Origin: the human T2T-CHM13v2.0 reference genome, Homo sapiens
Direction: 5' to 3' (one strand)
DNA length: 64,000 bases
Assembly (NCBI RefSeq): GCF_009914755.1
Contig: NC_060936.1
Below the pieces are notes generated by a model that was not told the origin of the DNA, searched no databases, and saw nothing but the letters and a program-made list of their open reading frames with translations. Each line of letters begins with the position of its first letter. Position 1 is the stretch's first letter. Below, piece by piece: positions 12,575 through 26,510 of this stretch. The translations under genes were made by a program, and so were the position numbers.

Positions 12575-13590
12575 CAGGTTATTCAAGCATTCAAGAAGTA
12601 TTTATTCAGTGCCTAATATTTTTCAGTCCAAGAAAGAGCAGTAAACAACACAAACAAAGTTTCTTTCAGTCATGGAGCTTACATTCCAATGGAAGAAGGC
12701 AAACAATAGACAACAACAACAAAAGTATGTAGAGTGTTATATGATGAAATATTCTGAGAAAAAACGGAAGAGAAACAAGGAAGATGGATAAAGACTGCAA
12801 AGTAAATAGGTTTGAATTTTAACAGGGGTACCAGGGAAGTCCTTATTGAAATGACGGAATGTGAAAAATGACCTTAAGGGAGAGAGGGAGAACATTCTGC
12901 AGGCATTGGGTAGAGAGGTTGCTAAGAAAGGAATAGCAGTTGGAAAACTGAGCAACCTAAAAGAAGAGGAAGATGGAGCATTTATAGGCACTTTAGGCCA
13001 TTTCCAGGACTTCGGTTTTATTCTGAGTGATTTGGAAAGCTATGAAAATGTTTTGACAGAGGAGTGGCTTGTGTGCTAACAGTAGAATGAAGTGGCAAGA
13101 AGGCAGAGAAGCAGGAGACCAGTTAGAAGCCTATTGCAAAAATTCAACCAAGAGTTTAAAATGGGGCTTTGACTAGAAGGTAGTAATGGTGATAATAATA
13201 AGAGGTTAGATTTGAGGATATATGTTTGAAAATAGAGCTAATAGGGTTTGCAGATGAATAGCTTGTAGAGAATGAGAGAACACAGTCAAGGATAACTCAA
13301 AGATTTGGGGCCTGATTAAATAGGAAGATAGAATCACCATTAAGTGACAGAAGGCTATGGAGCATAGAAGCTATCTCAGTTTTTGGTGTTTGGAAAGCCT
13401 GTGAGACAGTGAGATATATGAATCCAAGACACTGAGATATATGAATCTTAAGATCAGAGCAAAAAGTCCAAATCAGCCATATGAATAATTAAATCAGTTA
13501 AGCAAAAATTTAGTACTGTATTTAAAGCCTTAATATTAGATGAGATTAGCAAGTGGATATGAGTACCCACAAAAGTTAAGAGTCTGCAAG
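12575..13590 (-). mobile_element. L2 (about 1 kb) lying between two MIR halves (about 12490-12560 and 13620-13700)
   Basis: TATTTATTCAGTGCCTA, CATGGAGCTTACATTCCAATGG, GCAGGAGACCAGTTAGAAGCCTATTGCA, AGTCAAGGATAACTC. Confidence 0.85.
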
Positions 13591-14619
13591 GTGTACTGTG
13601 ATAAGAGCTAAGTCAGTGGTCCATTGTGATGATTTAATAAGTTATATATGTAAAATTCTTAAGGCATTATCTGATACATAGCAATTCTTCCATAACTATC
13701 AGATGTGCTAGTTTTCCTTTAAACACAATAGAATGAAAGAGTCTTGTTTAGATATTATGTATCATAAATTATATTATTAAATGAAGACTCAATATTATCT
13801 GACACAAACTCACTTCTCACTTATCTTCTTCTCTAAAGCATATTTTTCTATAGTAGTCTCATATAATAAATTAAAATGTTGAGTAGTATTGGAATTAGAG
13901 TTGAGCACTGATTTCACGTGTTCTAACCTTTCTTCCCGTATGCACTATAATAGCATTTGTTTAGTGTTTTATTCTTCTATGTTGCATGACTCTCTCATTT
14001 CACTATCTCCATATGTTATAATTTGTTTGTGTGTTTTACCCACTATACTATGAAATCCTTATTTTTTTTTGTAGTCCCAGTGCATAATACCAGCCTGGAA
14101 CCCAAACACTACTCAATAAATATTTGGTGAATGTAGAATGAATAGGTAGATATTATGTGCTAGACATTGCACTAGGGCTCTTTGATAGTTTTCTTTTAAA
14201 CTTATTTAATACCTGCAAGAGTCTACCAAGACTAGTATTAGTAATCCCATTTAAAAGATTTAACAATGTCTTCACAGACACTAATGAATATGCTTACAGT
14301 AACAACCTAGTTAGTTGCAGTGCTTCTATTATACCACAGGGATACCCTATGGCCCAAGTGTTCCCTGCTGTTTCCAAAAGTTGCTTTCCAATGCAAAAGT
14401 TACTTTTGTAATATTTATGAAAGATAATAATTGATCTTTCACTGAAAAAGGTAAAAAAAAAAGGAAGGATCACCAATTATAAAAAAACCTGTGCTATCAT
14501 TATTACAACCTTGATTGTTAGCATCCCTTTGATATATTGAGCCAAAAGAAGATAAATTGTAATAATATGTAAATAGATACTTCATATATATGAATATATA
14601 TTATATGTAACAGTATATA

Positions 14620-15850
14620 TGATTTTTGGACAATCGTAAACCTACTGGAAAGTTAAAGGCACACAGCACACAGAATACTTTTTCCTGAACTTACAAACAC
14701 TTCAATGTGCATTTCTTACATTCTCCTACATAACCAAAATATTAGCATAGCAATCAGGAAATTAGCATAGGCACATTATTACCATTTCATTCTCAGTCAT
14801 TCAGATTTCACCAGTTGTCTCAACAATGTCCAAAACAGACAAAAAATCCAGTTCAGAATCATGTGCTGCATTTACTTTTCATATCACTTTAGTCTTTTTA
14901 AACATGGAACAATTCCTCAGTTGCTCTTTGACTTTCATGATGATGAGACTTGAAGATTTCAAGCCATTTTCTGTGTTGAATATCTCTCAAAATTGGTTTG
15001 TCTAATATTTCCCATTATTAGATTCAGGTTGTACTTCACTGAAATGCCACTACATTCTTCTCATTGCATTCTACTAGGTGACAGGCAATTTCAGTCTCAT
15101 GCTAATGATTTTTATTAGTTGATTAAGGTAGGCTTCTCCACTGGAAAGTTAATTAATATATATGTTAATAGTAAATACTTACAGCAATAGTAAGTATTTT
15201 GTGCTTATTACGTATATTAGTCCATTCTCACACTGCTATAAAGATACTACCTGGGACTGGGTAACTTATAAACAAAAAAGGTTTAATTCACTCACCATTC
15301 TGCATGGCTGGGGAGGCCTCAAGAATCTTATAATCATGGTGGAAGGTGAAAGGGAAGCAAGGCACATCTTACATGGCCTCAGGAGAGAGAGAGCAAAAGA
15401 GAAGTGCCACATTTTAAAACCATCAGATATCATGAGAACTGATTCACTATAAAGAGAGCAGCATGGGAGAAACTGCCCCCATAATCAGATCACCTCCCAC
15501 CAGGTCTCTCCCTCAAAACATGGAGATTACAATTCAGGATGATATTTGGGTGGGGACACAGAGCCAAATTATATCATATGTCAATACCCCATTCCTCAAC
15601 AAACTTTCAATTAATTTATCTCATTATACCAATTTGGTCTCAGGGCTTTTTTTTATTATTTCCAATTGGTTATAATATTTTATTCATTATTTTTTATGCC
15701 CAAATTGTTATAGATTTGACACTGGGAGCCCCTTTCAAATAGACTTCTGTATCTGTTTGACATGTTCTCATCATTCATGAGCACCTCCTGCTTTCTGCTA
15801 GATGAAAATGTTTTCGGCTCATTTTGTGTTTTTCCTACCATGGCCTGGAA
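14620..15850 (-). mobile_element. Old L1M (L1MC-like) 3' fragment interrupted by an MST LTR
   Basis: ATCAGGAAATTAGCATAG, CAGATTTCACCAGTTGTC, TTATGCCCAAATTGTTATAGATTTGAC. Confidence 0.7.
15213..15576 (-). mobile_element. MaLR solo LTR (MSTA/THE1D-like)
   Basis: TATTAGTCCATTCTCACACTGCTATAAAG...TTTGGGTGGGGACACAGAGCCAAATTATATCA. Confidence 0.93.
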
Positions 15851-16129
15851 AAACAAAGAGAAGAGAAGTGAACAAGCAAGTAACATTTTTAAAGGTCAAA
15901 ATGTACCTGCTTTTTTTCAAGCTTATTTTTAAAACACCCCTTATAAAATGTTTTTCTTTATTCTTGTTATGTACTTGAAATTTAATTGCAAAAATGTATA
16001 AGTCACTGCCTTTGATAAATTCAAACTTCCAGCGGTGATAGGCACAGAACAAGTCCACAGAGATTTTTTTTGTTCATCACAATTGCTACTTTGTGTATAT
16101 AATTGCATTGTTTATCTAAACAAAAAGCA

Positions 16130-16510
16130 AAGAATTTTAGGTTTCAAAAGGTCCTATATGATTCAAGCCCTCTCCCATTACAGACATCGCTCTGTGAATT
16201 CTTGACTAAGTGTGACCCAAAGTTTCCTTGAACCATCACAGAGACAACTTCACTACTTTTTGAGATCCCCTTATCCATGTTAGATAATTCAGATTTTCTA
16301 GAATTGAATCAAATGTATATTTGCCAGGCTTCTACCCATTAGTAGTAGTTTTACATGTTGGTGCAAGACAAAAAAAAAATCACCTTTTCTGCATAGTAGC
16401 CATTCAAATCTTAGAGAAAGCTTTGATTCCTGCCTTACTAGCCTTCAAGTGATCCTTGCTAATGGTGAAACATATCAAATTTCCTCATTCTTCACAGTAC
16501 ATGTTTCCTT
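16130..16510 (-). mobile_element. L3/CR1 fragment
   Basis: CTTCTACCCATTAGTAGTAGTTTTAC, CCATTCAAATCTTAGAGAAAGC resemble antisense CR1/L3 3' region. Confidence 0.5.
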
Positions 16511-19500
16511 GGTCCTTTATTTCATTATATCATAGAAGTATGTTAGTCTACTAAAAGGATAGAACATACTTTTAAGACTATAAACTACTTGAATTTAATA
16601 ATATAAAATGGTTCTCTTATATGTAGGATAACTAAGAAACTGTCTGCTTTATTTCAATGAAAATTAATCTCAAGGAAAATTGGGACCCATCTTGCTACAA
16701 ATTCAGAAATTTCTTGGGCTGCACCTGACATGCACTGGAAAGTCTACAGTCTACTATCACTATATGGATACATTGCAACAATAATTTTTTAGTATTTTAA
16801 TAATGCATTGCATTTCCAATAGGTTATTTGTTTTATATATGAACATATTATTTTTTAAATATTATGTTGAATGTTAAAAGTTCATCTTGAATGAAATTTT
16901 TAATTTTAAGTAAATTCCCAGACATAGGTGAAGAAGGAAAACTGAGAACATTTCTTAGCACTAGAAGAACTTTAATTAAAGTCCAGACCCATGAGCCCTC
17001 TGTTGAGAAGAGCTTACTCCTGATCCCTAATTTGAAGCCTTGGGATTTTAGAAAAAAATGTTATTCAATTCCACTGTCATGGAGGTCCAGAGGGTGACTG
17101 CAAATTATGGTGAGAAAAACATTGGGAGAACATATCAAAATGTCACAAAACAATTCTCAGTGTGAGCAAGTACCTACCAGATATCTAAATGGTTTTTAAA
17201 AGAAAATGCCTCTAGGAAAACTCAATGACATCAGTTTATGACTTTCTCTAAACCAGAAAGAGCCTCAAGTAATTATGAGAAAACAGTAGATTGTACTCTA
17301 AGCTCTGATTTGAGTAATGACTTTTTAAACTGTGATTGAGAAATGATTGCACCCTTCTGGGTTACTTTGACTAGAATGTAATGAATATTGGTGAGATTAT
17401 GCCACAGTTTTTACGAATGTAACATAGTAAGTTGTGTTCATGATGTGTAGTTTTATGTTTATGAGTTTTTAAATTGGCTCCTGACATCTGGGTTAGAAAA
17501 TATAGAGAGAAGTGGGAGGAGAAAAAAATAGTGGCATTTCTATGAGAAGAATACAAAACAAAGATAAAAAAATTAAAACCTATTAGTGACATTGCTGCTC
17601 TAAACAATTCATGTTTGTTATTCCATCTCAAAAACAAAGCCGGAAAAAGATGCATCATTCTAGTTTCCTATAAAGATAACTTCTAAAGACAGATGTGGAG
17701 TATATAACTCAGTTATTTTTTTCAAGAAAAAAATGAAGAACCTAGTCTTTTCAGGTGAGCAAGCAAAACACTAGCATTTATGTATATACCTTCTTCAGAT
17801 TTTTCAACACATTTTAATATATTTTGTATTTTTTTCATTTTTAAATGACACTTTTACATAAAGAAGATTGTCTCCTAAATTAAAGAAAGTCTTCTCAAAA
17901 TGATAGCATGTTTGGTAGTGAATATGGTAGTCAGACACTGGTTATATCATTTTACCATTATTAACTATGTAATTTCATTTTGTACTTTTGATAGGTGTGA
18001 TTAAAAGTTTTTTTAATAATTAATCCTTAGGCAGGAATAAAGCTTCTCTTAGTTTATTTCATATAAAATAATATCATAGACTAATATATATCCCTACTTT
18101 CTGTTAAGGTTATTTAAATTTGGCAAAGGAAATAATAATATATATTTTAGCATATTTTATAATGAACATTAATATCTTTCTGACTAAAGAATAATATTCC
18201 AAAATTGTTCTTATAAAGCTAAAACACAAAAACAGAAATGTCAGTATCATGACCAAGAATAAAAACAGAATAGGTATGTAGTAGCTTGCTTCAAGAGCTA
18301 CTCTTAAATAGTCTACTGCAAAATAATGGGAAAATTTTTATCTAATTATTGAGCCAACCAAATGCTCCTATAGTGAAGGTTTATATAGATAAATATTAGA
18401 AATTTACATTTTTCCAAATTTCTATATTTGTAAATTTCCACCTTCATTGAAAGTAGATGAATTTTCAATATAAAGAATTTCAAAGATTTAAAATAAATGT
18501 ATTATACTAATGATCAGAGAAAAGTAAAAATTCTAAACAAAAATTAATTTAAAGGAACAATTGTGAAAAAGGAGCAGGTTCTTTGGAATAACTATTTTCC
18601 TTATTAGCCATTTATCTATCATTGTTAGTAGCTTGAATTTAATTCCAGAATGTATCATATATTTAAAAAATCCAAAGTAATTATAGAAACTTGATATAGT
18701 AACTTTTGTTCTGAGTGATTAGAACTATACTGAAAGGAACTTTTAAGATTTCATGGATTTACAGTTTAGTGCTATTTGTTTTAAGTGCCCAGTTCTGCTG
18801 TATGTCTCCTGCCATTTGTGTGCTGGAGACATTCTGCTTTTCTCCCCTAATGAAGTGCATTAGTCAAGAGCTCAGTGACCTCTGACAAGGCTCAGTATGG
18901 GATTATAGCCTGACAGGAGGCAGCTGGAAGAAATAGTTGACAATTCACACTTAAAGTAATCCCTGAAAATTGCATGGCAGTTATGAGGAAGTAACAGTTT
19001 GGCTCCCTTGTGAAAAAAAAAAAAAAGGTAATAAAAGATATTTCAAGTAGAGTTTTTGGACCCTAACTATAGTTTCTGAATTAAGGCTTAATTTTCAAGT
19101 TCTGTAAGCACCAGTTAATAGGAAGAACATTTTCATGAATAGATTCAATCTACAATACTATTTCAAGCAGCTACCACTTTTAGTCCGTTGATAGAAAACT
19201 CATTTAGCCAATGGATTATCTATAATTGACTAACTTCTTTAATAGAGTTTTAACACACCTCACATGTAAAAACATTATCGGGGAGGCTCACAGAGAATAG
19301 TAGTTGTAAGCAGAAATATAAAATGATCATTTTCTGTAAAAATTATAGCAAGAAATCAATAATACAGATTTTTATATGTTGACTTGTATTTTTCTAACAT
19401 GCTATTTTATTTAAAATGTGTTTTCTTTTCAAACAATAACTGCTCCACTATAATTTTCCTTGAAATCCCATTAATTTGTACGCTTAATGGCAAAAATATT

Positions 19501-21228
19501 TTGCAAAATAACTTTCAAAGATTACATATATATCATAGTAAATATGTTGTTATATAGAATTATTATATCTTACATTATAATCTATTACACAATACATAAT
19601 TGAATAGCACACCTATATTTTAAAAATACAGATACTTTTTTAGTAACTTTTTTTCTGTCTATGTCCCAATATCAGATGTTTCTTTTTGATCTCTGTTTTA
19701 TTTTCTTGCAGTTGTGATTACAATAATTTCCATAGAGAAATGAAAACATCAGAATGGTCTTTCTTTGGAAAACACACTGCTTGTTCTCTAACTTCAGATT
19801 TTCACTATGCACAATATGTGATGATTGACTTACACCCAGCAGGCACCCAATAAATGTGTGATGGGTTAAATTGAAAAAACATAGTATTACTCTCATAATT
19901 GTTCAACATTTCTATAAAATATAGTTTCCCTAGGCCATTCAACAAATATTGTCTGATATCCATTACGTGACAACCCTGCTGCTGAATGTAAAATTCAATT
20001 TTTTGGTCCATAAAACTGTTTTCACTTTCTGCTCAACTCATAGTTTAACCTCTAAATTCATTCATTTATAAGTCTACAGCACATTTTAAGAAAAATTAGG
20101 TTAATAAGTCTATACTTACTTAAATTAATCCCTACCTGTTTGTACCATTTATTGTGTAGAGATAGAGTGACCTACCTTCCAAACAAGCAAACACATGATG
20201 TTTCTAATTCTGTTTTTTTCTACCTGTAAACCTAGTGTCTAATTTATGCATCTTCTTTTAACATTTACACTTTCAGAATTTATTAGAGAACATTTTTTAT
20301 TATGATCCTTATGAATGCCTATCATAATTTAGGCTAAATGTCCACAAGCTGGTTTGCATATTTTTATGTTGTGAAGGTGACAAAAAGGTAGGAGGTAGAG
20401 TATCTGCTCAAACATCAAAAAAGAATGCCTAAATTCTTTCTCAGATGCTTAACTTTGGGATGTGATAACTGCTTGAGTGTAGAGACAATTTAGGTCCCAG
20501 CAATAATAGAATGGCAGGACTGACTGTGCAGCAGCTGTGGAATAGCACAGCAGGTTCAATGGTCTCATGGGTCTCCTAAGGCATGTGTATTAAGAGTTTC
20601 TGATTTAGACCATGTGTCTCTTAGTTAAGAGAACTACTTGTTAGATGATCAAATTCAGAGTAGTAATCTTGGTTCAATATTACTCAAGGGGATGACAAAA
20701 TCTTGCTGAATTTAGCTTTTCACTTCCTTGTTCTTAACTGATATTCTATTGAACAACATTAGCTAGAGGAATATCTGTTCTTTATTTATTGATTTGCATT
20801 TATTGAACTCTATTGAGAACAATATTATACCTATACTTGAGAAATTAGTCCTTGAAGTTTTATGGCTGCACACACACCAACTCACACCCATTTACAGTAT
20901 TTCCTCTGCAGTGGTAGGTGTGGCTCCAAACTAGTTGTTAGTTGTGACATTTAGGCAATAAAAAAAAATACAAAAAGAGACTTTCAGACATATTGAGTTG
21001 TATTACATAAAAATTAAATTCACATCCAAATGCTGCTCAAAATGCCACATAAGCTTTTTAGCTACTGTTTTATAGTCTTTTTATTCCTTTTCTTACTTTA
21101 CTTTAAAAATGTGTATGTACCTTTGATTGCTTTGCTCTATCATGCAAAGTATCAATAAACTTGTAAAATCTAGCTTTAAAACTATAAATTTCAAATTTTA
21201 GTTTCAGTGGACACATTTTTCCTCTTAG

Positions 21229-21264
21229 CTGTGGTACAATGTCCAGTAGTTTAATCACTCAGAG
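21229..21264 (+). other. Candidate 36-nt in-frame cassette exon (phase 2: CGTMSSSLITQ)
   Basis: TTTTTCCTCTTAG acceptor and near-consensus GAG|GTGAGT donor; 36 nt; only the phase-2 frame is stop-free; lies in a long repeat-poor stretch. Confidence 0.45.
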
Positions 21265-22479
21265 GTGAGTACATGTCTTCCAAAATGTACTCAGCACCTA
21301 AAGGCTTAGGATATGTTCTTCAAACTACTGCCATAGAACATCTCAGAAAACAGGACTGCCTGGGCAGCTCAGACTGACACACTTGCTTTCATCTGAAACC
21401 AGCTAATATTTCATTTTGCTTGCTCAATTATTCTGCTTTTATAGAACTCATGACACTCAGTGCAGTAAAATCATAATTAGAAGCTCTTATGTATAACATT
21501 GATTATTTCATGCCATGTCTTTATTGAAACAATAACATTTATTTGTTGTTTGTTATCAGGTGTCATTAGTTCCTTGCTAGAATTTCTTTGGTGTCCTTTC
21601 TGCATTTCAAACTCACAAAGGTAATCAGAATTGATATTGATGTTTAAGCTCACAGTATATACAGCACCAGTTTGCCTTTTTAAACTCATGTTCAGCATGT
21701 GATAAATAAGTCAATTACTATGTATCTCATGGGGAACTAGAAATAAAGAATGCTGCAATCTTCCAGATAACGAAGCCTCAAGATTAAAGACTTTTTAAAT
21801 TCCGTGTAGCCTAGTGTCTAGTACAATGCAAACACAGAGTCATGCTTAATAAATGTTTATAGAATGGTTAATTGTTGAAGAAGAGGCTAGATAGTTGTCG
21901 AGAAATTATCACTTATAAGAAATGTGTCATCTTAAATCCACTAGCTTTCCATAATCTCAGGTGTTATTGCTATTCTCAGGTATTTACCTTCTGAAACTTA
22001 TACTATTCCTACTCCCTACTGCACCCTACAATATGAATTTAGGGAATGCTTGTATTATTTAATTAATAGAAAGCCCCATTGTTCTATATGTTTCAGACTG
22101 AGTATAGACTATATTATCTAATTTGAAGCCTGACCAACCTGATAAAATCGCCAATTTATTCAAAATTACCCATAAGCCATTTTGCTTGAGCTCCTAATAT
22201 AGGCAATAGATAGCATATGAAGATTTTTCTTTCTCAGATGGAAGAAAAATGAGTGCCTCGCATTTACATAGTATTTTGACATTCAACTCTGCAAAATGAA
22301 CAAGGCAGATAAAATTCCATGAAATTGTATGAAAAATTGTTTTTGCAGGCGTGACTTTATCTGATAAGAGGTTCAATATCTTTTGATCAGATTCTCAAAT
22401 GTTTTTCTGATACCTCCCTTTTCACCATATAAGATCTTTGATGTTGTAATTTTCTGAAGAAGCAGAGAAGCATAAGCAC

Positions 22480-24170
22480 TTTTAGCGTAAGGTGCAAAGT
22501 GAGGACAGCTCCCATATTTAAGTGAGGGTAGCATGTGTTTTTAAAACGTGACATGATTTGGGATGTTTGGAGCACAGGGTACAACAGAGAATATCTGGAG
22601 ATGAGGCTTCGAGGAAGCTGGGGAGATATTGTGAAAGGCCATGTGGTTTAGGCTGATGAATTTAAACTGTATCCTGTGACCAATAAGGGGACATTACAAA
22701 TTTAAAAGCAAAGACTAACTGTGGGTTTATTTTTAAATGAAGATGAGAGTGGGAGGTGCCTTGGCATGGGCATGCTGGAAGCAGGGAACAATCAGTAAGA
22801 CGGAGCTGTAATAGTTTAAGAGATGATGAGCAGGATGATGAGCAGTTTAACTAAAGGAGACTCATCTTATGTAAGAATAGCCAATAAAGTAAAAGGGAGA
22901 GTCCAGGGCTGATAATAATCCTTGGTAAGAACAAGAAAGCAAGCTGGCTCAGGAAAGACAGGAAGAAAACTTAGAGAAGTAGGGGAACTAGGTGAAAGAA
23001 ATGTGATGAAATCTAAGGGAAGCGTTTTCACATTTTCTGACACACAGAAAACAATAAATGTTAAACAAATTACTGAATGTTCGCCTTAGGAGTATCAAAT
23101 GTCTTAGAGAGGTCAGCTTGGTTAAGGAGTTACAATAACTAAAGGCAATTACAAGGTCACTGGTGACTTCTCTGAAAGCAAATACAACAGATTTGTGGGG
23201 GCAGAAGTCATATTTTAGAATAATGAAGAGTGAATTTGAGCTGAGGAAGCTTTTATGATGATTATGAACATCTCTTTTAAGAAGTTTGGCCAGAAAGAAA
23301 ATAGTTTAATTCAGTATATATTTATTGATCATTCATTTTGTGGCAGGTTCTGTGAAAAGCAATATGTTCCCCAGTGGAGCTTAAAGTCTGGTGCAGAAAG
23401 CAGACATTTAACAGGTAAGCTGAGTGTTCAGAAAGGCTAAGCACAAGATGATATAGGCAATAAAGCTGACCTACTATAGATTAAGGCAGACCTTTCTAAA
23501 GCAGAGACAACTAAGGAATGTGGGAATTTGCCAGGCAAAGATTGGGAGTGGGGGGACATCAGAAAAATGAAAGAATATTACTGGCTACATAATTGAAACT
23601 TTATAACAGTCGAATTGGTCATAAAGTTGATAACACTGTATTGTGCACTTAAAATTTTGTTAAGACAGCAGATCTCACGTTAAGTCTTCTTACCAAGATA
23701 ATAATAATAATAAAAGAATAAGAGCATTACTTGTTGAAGAATATGTAAAGAGATAGAAACATAAGACATTTCTCTAAAAATAACATTATAAGTCATTGGC
23801 TATGGAGATGTTTGGCATTGTTGCATAATGTCGAATTGTTTCTGAAGACCTTAGAGTTTTTGAAGATCTCAAAGAGTCAGGATTGTTGAAACATACAGAG
23901 AAACAGGATGATGGGTTATAAGAAGATATCAAAGAAAAAAGTGTTAGTTTGCATGTGTGTTTGTTAATTTGTGTATTTTCAGCATAGGGAACATATTTCA
24001 GCATAGGGAACACATTTATGAAAGCACATGGAAGGAAACCAGTGGATGGAGAGATTTTGAAGATAAAAGTGAGAGACAGCATAATTAATGGCACAAGTTT
24101 CCAAAGGAGTGGGGAAAATGAGTTCAAGTTCATAACGGAGAGGGGAAAGAACTGAGAATAAAAACAGGGT
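22480..24170 (-). mobile_element. Cluster of L2 fragments, with a + strand L1M 3' end at about 23600-23715
   Basis: GGTCACTGGTGACTT, TCTTTTAAGAAGTTTGGC, TATATTTATTGA; L1 end AACACTGTATTGTGCACTTAAAATTTTGTTAAGA plus (AAT)n. Confidence 0.6.
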
Positions 24171-24745
24171 CTTCTAGTTACACTGCCCAGTGTTTCTTCA
24201 CACTTGCTAAAGCTGGTTAAGAAACAATAGCAGCACAATGTAAAAGTAAATGCATTATTCTTTTATGATTTGAAACAAATTATGTTTCTAATATAGTAGA
24301 AGGATGAGTGTTTTATTTTATTTTTTCATGTACCAATTCAAGTTAATGGAGAAAAGAGTCTGAAGACCATGAGCACAATGTAAACTCTCCTCTTGGAGCT
24401 ATCCATTGAAAAATTCCTCTAAAAAATTCTTCTAGTCACCATTTTCCACAGGCATTAAGACGATTCAAGTGACTTTTATTAGTAAAAAACTATATTCTTC
24501 AAAAGAATATGTGTCTGGTTGAATATTTTTTCGTATATTATTGCTTTTATTATAACAATGGTTAAGGTGTCTTGATCATTACACTGAGTGTTGCCAGTAC
24601 ACAAGGACCAAGCTGGTAAATGTTAAACATTTAACATCCGAGATGTGTCCAGGAATAGCTATTCAACTCTGCTAGAATGACTGTGTCAATTAATCGACCA
24701 CTCATGAGGAAGTGTGCATGATGGATTTTCAAATTTTTTTGGCAA

Positions 24746-24750
<5 letters not shown>

Positions 24751-24780
<30 letters not shown>
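24751..24780. repeat. (TG)15 microsatellite
   Basis: Read directly. Confidence 0.99.
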
Positions 24781-24784
<4 letters not shown>

Positions 24785-26289
24785 CACATGCAAATATTTG
24801 TATTTGAAAGATAATATTTGTATTATCTTTCAAAACTATTTTTAAATTGTTTAAATGCTTAGACCCTTTGGAAAAGCTACCGTTACTGAAGCTAGAATAT
24901 GAGTTTCAGGATTCTACCTTTTGCTCCAAGAGATAGCTTTAGAAGGGTCATTTAAAAAATGTGCTGATAGGTAAAAATCAGTCAAAGGAAGGATAAACGT
25001 TTCCAGGCTTTCTCTACTGTTTGTATCTAGGCTAGACAAGTCTATCTCGGCTTATTGTTATTCCAGTCTGACTAATTTTCTTTGTATTTAATGACTCTGT
25101 TAAATGTGTCTGCTTTATGTTTCACAAATACTTAATCATCTGCTTATTTCATCATAAAGGAACTTTTTGTTTACAGATTAAGTTTAATATATATGAGTTG
25201 CTTCTTTACTATTTAATATCCCTGGAGGATAATCTCATTGGAAAATACTTCCTGTTTTCCTTCCCCCACAGTCCATATTCATGCCTCATTTTTGTTGCTA
25301 TCTGAGGTCAAAGCAGCCCAAATCCTGCCTTCACATTGGCTTTAGCTTTAGTTAAAAGCAGGCAGCTATATGTTTGGGAAGCCCTGTATAATTTATATGG
25401 TGTGGGTAATATCTTGAACACTGCAGGAAAAAGGAAGTTTTCATGTAAAGGCTTGCTGGTCTTCCACTATAATATAACACCTTTATATCTCTTATGAGGT
25501 CATCAGAATCATATGTGCACTTATTCCTTTGGAAAAATGCAACCATGTGAGTAGCATATAAAACTCGACATGATTTTTCCATTGCTGCCAGCTCTAAGGT
25601 CACAAACAACTCTAACCTCAGCTGGAAAGATAATACTTTGTTTCTTATGGTCTTTTAAGAGTAAGAGTTTCCATTTTCTTTATAACTCAGTCCACATCAA
25701 AAAAGATTTGTGATTGCTATTTGTAAGAGAGTATTTTAGCTTCTGGCCAAAACTCCTGGTTTTTATACAGGTTAGGTTTCAGCATCTATTCTGCCATTTG
25801 CTCCCAGTGGGATACAAATAACCACAATACATATGAAATGGCATTTCTAAAGCTCAATTCTCCACTCCATATATATTCTTGAAAATAGTTATAGGAGAAA
25901 AATTGAAGTTATACAAAATACATCTGTCTGGATTTATAGTGGAATTTTGCAAAAAATCATCTTGTAAACTGAAAAGTTAAAACTGGCCTCCCCACACTAG
26001 CTGCTAATAACCTGCTTCATCTGTCTTATGTCTGAGAACTAAGCTTAACTCAGAGGTGGGGCAACCTTTCCAACTCAGAAGTCAACATGAGAAGAAACAG
26101 TGACAGTTGTAGGTAAGAGATGATTTATATACCTTTTGACTCCCTTTACCTTCCTCAGACACCATTGAAAATATTCCAATGACCTTTGTGCCTTATTTAC
26201 GCACAGAGTAGTTTGACCACTTTTGCTTGCAGTACATTAGTAACTATATTGATTCTAGGAGCTCATTTAACAAGCTTTTTAATAGTAAT

Positions 26290-26510
26290 GTGTATAAATA
26301 ATTTCCAAAGTATGTTCTCAGTCATTATCTCATTTAGCTACATCACATAACTGTAAATTAAACAGATTACATATGATTAACCCATTCTCTGGTTGAATAA
26401 ACTGAGGCTGGAAGTATTTAAAATAACCTTCTTAAAGATGATTAATAAGTAGTAGAGTGAAATTCTAGACTTCTAACTCTTTACTAAGAACTCTTTTTAC
26501 TATGTATCCT
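26290..26510 (-). mobile_element. MIR
   Basis: CATTATCTCATTTA...CCCATT...AAACTGAGGCT. Confidence 0.7.

Noticed and set aside
17745-17760. CAG|GTGAGC (and TAG|GTAAAA at 53816-53824) as recursive splice sites
   Set aside because: Pyrimidine tract too short or donor too weak; cannot be supported without RNA data.
23786-24238. Longest ORF (150 aa, - strand)
   Set aside because: Overlaps decayed L2; no recognisable domain or splice context.
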